Assembly (NCBI GenBank): GCA_965208105.1
Contig: OZ242318.1
Coordinates: forward strand, 704,001 to 768,000
Origin: Candidatus Latescibacterota bacterium
Lineage (GTDB): Bacteria; Latescibacterota; UBA2968; UBA8231
Length of the DNA: 64,000 nt
Reading direction: 5' to 3'
A program made the position numbers and the translations under genes. Below, piece after piece: positions 57,429 through 64,000 of the stretch (position 1 is its first letter; the number at the start of each line of letters is the position of its first letter). The notes beneath the pieces were generated by a model that was given only the letters and a program-made list of their open reading frames with translations, was not told the DNA's origin and ran no database searches.

Positions 57429-57457
57429 AAAAAAAACCAACCCCTTGCAGAGTCGGT
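57429..57457 (-). terminator. Intrinsic terminator after parA
   Basis: Minus strand ACCGACTCT-GCAA-GGGGTTGGT then T-run. Confidence 0.6.
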
Positions 57458-57485
57458 CGCCGCTGTCCTTGTCCCCCGGATCCGA

Positions 57486-58271
57486 TTAAGACGCCTCTGC
57501 GAAATCCCTGATTGCCACCCCACATACTTCCTCGGCCAATCTCGAATAGTTCTCGGCGCCGGCCGACGACGGGTCGTAAAGGGCAATGGGTCTGCCGAAG
57601 CTTGGAGCCTCGGCCAGGCTGATGTTGCGCTTAATGACGGTCCGGTAAACCTTGTCACCGAAGTAGTCTCTGATTTCTGCAGCTACGCGGCGGGAGAGAT
57701 GCAGCCTGTGGTCGTACATGGTCAGGAGGACACCCTCGATACGCAAAGAAGGGTTGAGGTAGCGCTGGACCAGCCTCACCGAGCCCAACAGCTTGCTGAC
57801 TCCTTCCATTGCAAAGTACTCACACTGGACCGGAATCAGAACCGAATCTGCAGCACTGAGCGCGTTGATAGTGAGAATCCCAAGCGAAGGAGGACAGTCC
57901 ACGATCACGAACTCGTAGGCCTCTTCCACCTCTTCCAGGGCATCAGCCAGCTTCTTTTCGCGGCCTACCATGGAGGTCATTTCGACCTCGGCGCCAGCCA
58001 GGCGTACGTGGGCGGGAACGATGTCGAGAAGGGTTGGAGCGACCGAGCAAATGACCGAGGGCAAGGTAGTCTTTCCCAGGAACACCTCGTAAACCGACCC
58101 GTGAAGACTATCCATTCCAGCGCCGCAACCACTCGTGCTGTTGGCTTGAGGGTCGACATCCACCAGAAGGGTCTTGTGCCCTGCGAGGGCCAGGCAGGCG
58201 GCCAAGTTGACCGCAGTAGTGGTCTTGCCCACACCACCTTTCTGATTTGCAATGGCGATAACTCTACCCAT
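57486..58271 (-). CDS. parA: ParA/Soj family ATPase
   Basis: [42 protein letters not shown]. Confidence 0.93.
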   Translation of the reverse strand: MGRVIAIANQKGGVGKTTTAVNLAACLALAGHKTLLVDVDPQANSTSGCGAGMDSLHGSVYEVFLGKTTLPSVICSVAPTLLDIVPAHVRLAGAEVEMTSMVGREKKLADALEEVEEAYEFVIVDCPPSLGILTINALSAADSVLIPVQCEYFAMEGVSKLLGSVRLVQRYLNPSLRIEGVLLTMYDHRLHLSRRVAAEIRDYFGDKVYRTVIKRNISLAEAPSFGRPIALYDPSSAGAENYSRLAEEVCGVAIRDFAEAS

Positions 58272-58502
58272 ACCAGACGCTAGCAGACGCTCCGGTTAAG
58301 CAGCTCGAAAAATCAAGAGGCAATTTGGATGAAATTGCGTGAAAAAAATTTATGTGAAAGTCTTCGGATCCTCGCGGCGGGAGAGGCGAAAAGAACAGAC
58401 CTCCCCCTCCTGAATGAGGGGAGTCATTCAGTCACGCAAAACTTCTTTAGAATTAGGGAGAATCTCTGGCGGACAGAGACAAATGCTCTTGTTTCGGACC
58501 TC

Positions 58503-58531
58503 AATATAATTCTTGAAAATGGGCCGGTCAA
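58503..58531 (-). promoter_or_regulatory. Sigma70-type promoter for parA
   Basis: Minus strand TTGACC-17 nt-TATATT. Confidence 0.55.
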
Positions 58532-58701
58532 GCGTTAATGTAACCAAATTGTAAAAGAAATTTGTGCCGCAGATGAAACACTATTATGTAAACTCATTCG
58601 GGCTCATCTCGACCGGAATTCGAGCCACTCGGCACATCCTTTCCCTGCCAGACGCGTCCGCGGCGGGACGCGATTTCATCCTGTACTTCCAATGTTTCCG
58701 G

Positions 58702-58731
58702 TTGACAGCAAATGTGCTGATTCTCACATTG
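58702..58731 (+). promoter_or_regulatory. Promoter (TTGACA-17-CACATT) overlapped by a CRP-like palindrome
   Basis: AAATGTGC-TGATTC-TCACATT at 58710-58730. Confidence 0.5.
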
Positions 58732-58778
58732 AGCCAGGCTTTGGGGTTGCGCCCACCAGTCTGACCAGGTGATGCTGC

Positions 58779-59171
58779 ATGCCAGGAGCAGATGACCAAA
58801 CGAGGACGATTGCCGAGCTGACGGCGCAGGTGCGTCACTTCGTCCAGGAGCGGGACTGGGACCAGTACCACCTGCCCAAGGATCTGGCCTTGGCTCTATC
58901 CATCGAGGCGGCGGAAGTTCTGGAGCATTTCCGATTCCGCAGCGACGCTGAGGTTGCCGCCCGCCTGCAGGACGATACCCACGTGGAAGAAATTGGCCAC
59001 GAGCTGGCCGATGTCCTCTACTTCGTTCTCCTGATGTACCACCGTCTCGGCCTGGATGTTGCAAAGACGCTCGATGGAAAGCTGGCCATTTCGGCGAGGC
59101 GCTATCCGGTTGACAAGGCCAGGGGAAGGAATCTGAAGTACACCGAACTGAACGCGATCGAACCGAAGTAG
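58779..59171 (+). CDS. MazG-like nucleotide pyrophosphohydrolase (dCTP pyrophosphatase type)
   Basis: F..ERDW.QYH.PKDLALALSIEAAEVLE...ELADV...RYP. Confidence 0.9.
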   Translation: MPGADDQTRTIAELTAQVRHFVQERDWDQYHLPKDLALALSIEAAEVLEHFRFRSDAEVAARLQDDTHVEEIGHELADVLYFVLLMYHRLGLDVAKTLDGKLAISARRYPVDKARGRNLKYTELNAIEPK

Positions 59172-59172
59172 A

Positions 59173-59955
59173 ATGAGCAATAAATCGGATTTCGATAAAC
59201 TTGTGGAGGTCATGGACCGCCTGCGGTCCGAGGATGGCTGTCCCTGGGACCGCGAGCAGACCCACGCCAGTCTCAAGCCATTCCTTTTGGAAGAGACTTA
59301 CGAGGTCCTCGAAGCCATCGACCTTCAAGATGACAATGAACTCTGCAACGAGTTGGGAGACCTGCTGTTACAGGTAGTCTTTCACGCCCAGATCGCCCGT
59401 GAGGAGAATCGCTTCTGCGCCGCGGAGGTCTGCCGCGCCATCGTCGACAAACTCGTCCGCCGCCACCCCCACGTTTTCGGCGACGTCCAGGCTGAAAACC
59501 CCGATCAGGTCCTGGCCAACTGGGAAGAGATCAAAAGAGAGGAACGGTCGACCCGGGGTGAGCCCGCCTCTATCCTCGACGGCGTCCCCAGGCATCTGCC
59601 GGCCCTGCTCCGCGCCCAGCGCCTTCAGGCCAAAGCCGCGCGGGTGGGGTTCGACTGGGAGCATGTCGACGGCCCCCTGGACAAGGTGGAGGAAGAGTTT
59701 GCCGAGTTGCGCCAGGCCAGGGGCCGCGGAGATGGGAAGGAGGTGGAGGAGGAGTTCGGCGACCTGCTCTTCGCGCTGGTCAACACAGGCCGCTTCCTAG
59801 ATCTCTGCCCCGAGGATGCCCTTCGCCGTGCCGCCGGCAAGTTCGAGAGCCGCTTCCGCGCCGTGGAAACCATCCTGAAGGAACAGAATAAGGATATCAA
59901 TGAAGTTTCCCTGAAGGAGATGGACCGCATCTGGGACCAAGTCAAGGGCAGCTGA
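59173..59955 (+). CDS. mazG: Nucleoside triphosphate pyrophosphohydrolase MazG
   Basis: GCPWDREQT, EETYE, ELGDLLLQVVFH, RRHPHVF, GFDW, EEFGDLLF. Confidence 0.95.
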   Translation: MSNKSDFDKLVEVMDRLRSEDGCPWDREQTHASLKPFLLEETYEVLEAIDLQDDNELCNELGDLLLQVVFHAQIAREENRFCAAEVCRAIVDKLVRRHPHVFGDVQAENPDQVLANWEEIKREERSTRGEPASILDGVPRHLPALLRAQRLQAKAARVGFDWEHVDGPLDKVEEEFAELRQARGRGDGKEVEEEFGDLLFALVNTGRFLDLCPEDALRRAAGKFESRFRAVETILKEQNKDINEVSLKEMDRIWDQVKGS

Positions 59956-60023
59956 CCCTGGTTCCGCCAGGGACTTTCCAGCGCCGTCCCGGGGACTCAC
60001 CCCAAACCAGGAGTTGCTAAACG

Positions 60024-61055
60024 ATGACCTCTGCCGACAACCGCCGCAACGTCCTCTTTGCCGCCCTGACCGGGGACGAGGAGATCAAGCTCTACGACAT
60101 CGATCCCGGCTCCGGTGCCCTGGGGCTGGTGAAATCGAGCAATGCCCACGGGCCCGTCGGTCCCCTCTGTCTGCATCCCTCCCGCGAGGTGATACTGGCC
60201 GCCCACGTCGATTCGACCACCCTGGCCAGCTTTCGACTCGAGGCGGGGTCCGGCGAACTCGACCTCATCAATAAAATCGACACCGGGATCGAGATTCCAG
60301 CCCATCTCACTACCGACCTCGCCGGCCGCTTTCTGCTCACGGCCTACTACGGCGGCGGCGGGCTTACGGTTCACCGCCTCGATGCCGGGGGGGCCATCGG
60401 TGAGCTGGTGCAGCGCATCGACACCGGCCCCAAGGCCCACGCCATCCTCACCGCTGCCTCCGACCGCTTTGTCTTCGTCCCCCACGTGTGCCCTACGAAC
60501 AAGACCTGCCAGTTCCTTTTCGACCGGGAGTCGGGGGAGCTGACTCCAAACGACCCGGCCACCGTCCCTCCTCCCGACGATACCACGGGACCGCGCCACA
60601 TCTGTTTCCGGCCCGGCGGGGACATCGCCTATATCGTCAACGAGCAGGGCAACACCGTGACCGCCCACCGCTTCGACTCCGAACAGGGCACCCTGGGCAT
60701 GGTCCAGCATCTGTCCACCTTGCCGCCGGACTATGAGGAAGGAGGCCATACGGCCCATATCGAGGTCCATCCAAACGGGAAATGGGCATATGCCTCCAAT
60801 CGAGGCCACGACAGCATCGTTGGATTCAATGTGAACCCGGGAGGGTTTCTCAGCCCGTTCGGACACTTTCCCGTCCCCGCGAGCCCGCGCTCCTTCAACA
60901 TCGATCCGGGCGGCAGCTATTTGTACTGCGCAGGTGAACTCGCCGACAGGATGACCGCCTACCGGGTCGACTCCGCCACCGGCGAGCTGCATCCCATGCA
61001 GGACTATGCGGTGGGTCAAAAGCCGTTCTGGGTTACCGTGGAAAATCTCGCTTGA
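60024..61055 (+). CDS. pgl: 6-phosphogluconolactonase family beta-propeller
   Basis: AH, GPRH, YIVNE, YASNRGHDSI, PR.F. Confidence 0.82.
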   Translation: MTSADNRRNVLFAALTGDEEIKLYDIDPGSGALGLVKSSNAHGPVGPLCLHPSREVILAAHVDSTTLASFRLEAGSGELDLINKIDTGIEIPAHLTTDLAGRFLLTAYYGGGGLTVHRLDAGGAIGELVQRIDTGPKAHAILTAASDRFVFVPHVCPTNKTCQFLFDRESGELTPNDPATVPPPDDTTGPRHICFRPGGDIAYIVNEQGNTVTAHRFDSEQGTLGMVQHLSTLPPDYEEGGHTAHIEVHPNGKWAYASNRGHDSIVGFNVNPGGFLSPFGHFPVPASPRSFNIDPGGSYLYCAGELADRMTAYRVDSATGELHPMQDYAVGQKPFWVTVENLA

Positions 61056-61098
61056 CAATTCCTGCGGAACTCCCGGCGGCCGGTTTCTGCAGAATGGG

Positions 61099-62127
61099 TC
61101 AGGCCCTCTCCCGGGCGATCCTTGTGCCGGCGACCAAAGCCTGGAGCTTTGCGAAGGCCACCTCCCGCGGCAGGTATTTCATGCCGCAGTCAGGGGCGAG
61201 TACGAGGCGCTCAGGAGCGACGAATTCGAGCGCGCGCTCGATTCGGCCGGCGACCGTCTCGGGCGTCTCGACCTGATGATTGCCGTTGTCGATGACACCC
61301 AGGATGACCGTCTTGGTGGAAATCTCCCTCAGTATCCCCAGGTCCAGATCGGGCTGGGCGGCCTCTATGGAAAGTTGATCTACGGCGGCCGAGTTCAACT
61401 CCCCGAGAAATGAGTAGCCGGCCGGCTTGTCCTTGATGAAGTGGCCGTAGCCGAAGCACATGTGCAGCGCAGTGGTACCTTCGACTCCCTCCAGCGCCCG
61501 GTCGATGACCTCGACCCCGTATTCTCTGGCTTTCTCCGGACGTGCCTGGAGATAGGGTTCGTCCAGTTGGACTATGTCGGCTCCGGCGGCGAACAGGGCC
61601 TTGACCTCGGTGTTGACCGCGGACGCGAAATCGAGAGCCATGGCTCTCTCGTCCCGGTAGTATTCATCCTGGGTCTGCTGGGTCATGGTAAACGGGCCTG
61701 GAACCGTGATCTTGATCGCCCGGTCGGTGTTGGCGCGCAGGAACTGGACGCTGCCCACCTCCACCGCTCCAGCACGTCGAATTGGGCCGATGATGCGAGG
61801 TGCGATGTTTTCCCGCCCGTTGCGCTCGATGAACCTGCCCGGATTGTCGAGATCAATGCCGGAGAGGGAGTTGGCGAAGTGATTCGAGTAGCTTTCGCGG
61901 CGCACCTCGCCGTCGGTAATCACCTCGACCCCGGCGCGTTCCATGTCGCGGATCGCCAGCAGGGTCGCGTCGTCCTGAGCCTGGGCAAGGTATTCCTCCG
62001 CCACGCGCCAGAGTTCGCGGGCGAGAGCCCGGGGGGGAGGCCGCTTCTGCAGCCGCTCCCTGTCTATGAGCCAGTCGGGCTGGGGATAGCTGCCAACCAC
62101 CGTGGTGACCAGTGTGTTCTCGTTCAT
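61099..62127 (-). CDS. Cobalamin-independent methionine synthase II family (core/short MetE)
   Basis: TTVVGSYPQP, TDGEVRR, PGPFT, QLDEP, HMC, PDCG; single domain, 342 aa. Confidence 0.85.
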   Translation of the reverse strand: MNENTLVTTVVGSYPQPDWLIDRERLQKRPPPRALARELWRVAEEYLAQAQDDATLLAIRDMERAGVEVITDGEVRRESYSNHFANSLSGIDLDNPGRFIERNGRENIAPRIIGPIRRAGAVEVGSVQFLRANTDRAIKITVPGPFTMTQQTQDEYYRDERAMALDFASAVNTEVKALFAAGADIVQLDEPYLQARPEKAREYGVEVIDRALEGVEGTTALHMCFGYGHFIKDKPAGYSFLGELNSAAVDQLSIEAAQPDLDLGILREISTKTVILGVIDNGNHQVETPETVAGRIERALEFVAPERLVLAPDCGMKYLPREVAFAKLQALVAGTRIARERA

Positions 62128-62654
62128 CGGTTCATCCTCTAGTTTATTGCAGCGTCTCGAATGATTGCCTGCGGCGATCCGGCAGGTACAGGGATGAGGG
62201 CTGACTGCGGCCGGAAGCCTTCCAACTCCCCTCCCTCCCGAATATGATAGGAGCCGGACCCACGATTAGCAAGGCGGGGGAACTCCTGCTCGGAACCAGA
62301 TGCACCAAGCGGGCAAGAAGGGGGATTTTGACCAGGTGTGCTGGGCACTGTAGCCCCGAGTCCGGCGGAAAATTGGATGAAATCAAGCTTGACAACTGTG
62401 AAAATAGGGATTTTTTGACAGAAGCGTCCAAAGTGGCTAGGTTATTTTATTTTGCTGTATTAAGAGGGGTGAACAGGAAGCAGATGCAACCTGCCACCTG
62501 CCGTAATCAATCATCCCGATGCCGGGGCGCTTCCGCCAGGAAGAGAAAGACCGCCCCGGGACTAAAATGGCGTTTTCTGGTACACACGACTATTCGTCGA
62601 GATATAGAGCCACCTCCCCAACCCAACCAAACCCCCATAGGAGGAAAGCAGCAA

Positions 62655-64000
<1,346 letters not shown>

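Noticed and set aside
58272-58778. oriC or parS in the AT-rich region near parA
   Set aside because: No TTATCCACA DnaA boxes or GTTTCACGTGAAAC parS palindromes found by eye.
62130-62654. Cobalamin or SAM riboswitch between the short metE and the TonB receptor
   Set aside because: Only fragmentary similarity (GGAAGG...AGTCAG...ACCTGCC on the minus strand). No proper B12 box or SAM-I core seen; cmscan would be needed to exclude it.

Overview
GC-rich bacterial chromosomal window from a diderm organism. It carries a TonB-dependent receptor, lipoproteins, a class I LysRS, an ASPIC/UnbV-TPR protein and PhyH/desaturase/DUF2961 genes. This content suggests a Latescibacterota-like, possibly sponge-associated lineage (inference only). 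Layout: (i) 1-8 kb, mixed housekeeping genes (fxsA, class I lysS, infA, glmM-like, zapA). (ii) 8-38 kb, a large catabolic accessory region containing a + strand cluster with an amidohydrolase-fold/Rieske pair, enolase, SDR, mutarotase and desaturase; a - strand amidase/GH172/aldolase group; a citryl-CoA synthetase/lyase-like plus split hydratase operon; trxB; and an orphan Mo-hydroxylase large subunit. (iii) 38-52.6 kb, an Ig-like surface protein and a cell-envelope operon (lytR-C, rsfS, mtnA, SPOR, mltD, mreD, mrdA, rodA, TPR). (iv) 52.6-56.6 kb, a MITE-IS630-MITE stack and two divergent sensor-less sigma54 activators. (v) nfuA, orphan parA, two MazG genes, pgl, a core methionine synthase and a truncated TonB receptor. 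The most notable unannotated structure is a family of ~160-bp structured, CTAG-flanked MITEs (4 copies) that sit on gene stop codons and abut an intact frameshifting IS630. Also notable: a promoter-driven 35-aa membrane peptide, a promoter-to-U-tract rod-like RNA at 38.5 kb, a structured infA leader, and CRP-like and palindromic sites between the sigma54 activators. No rRNA, tRNA or CRISPR array was seen.
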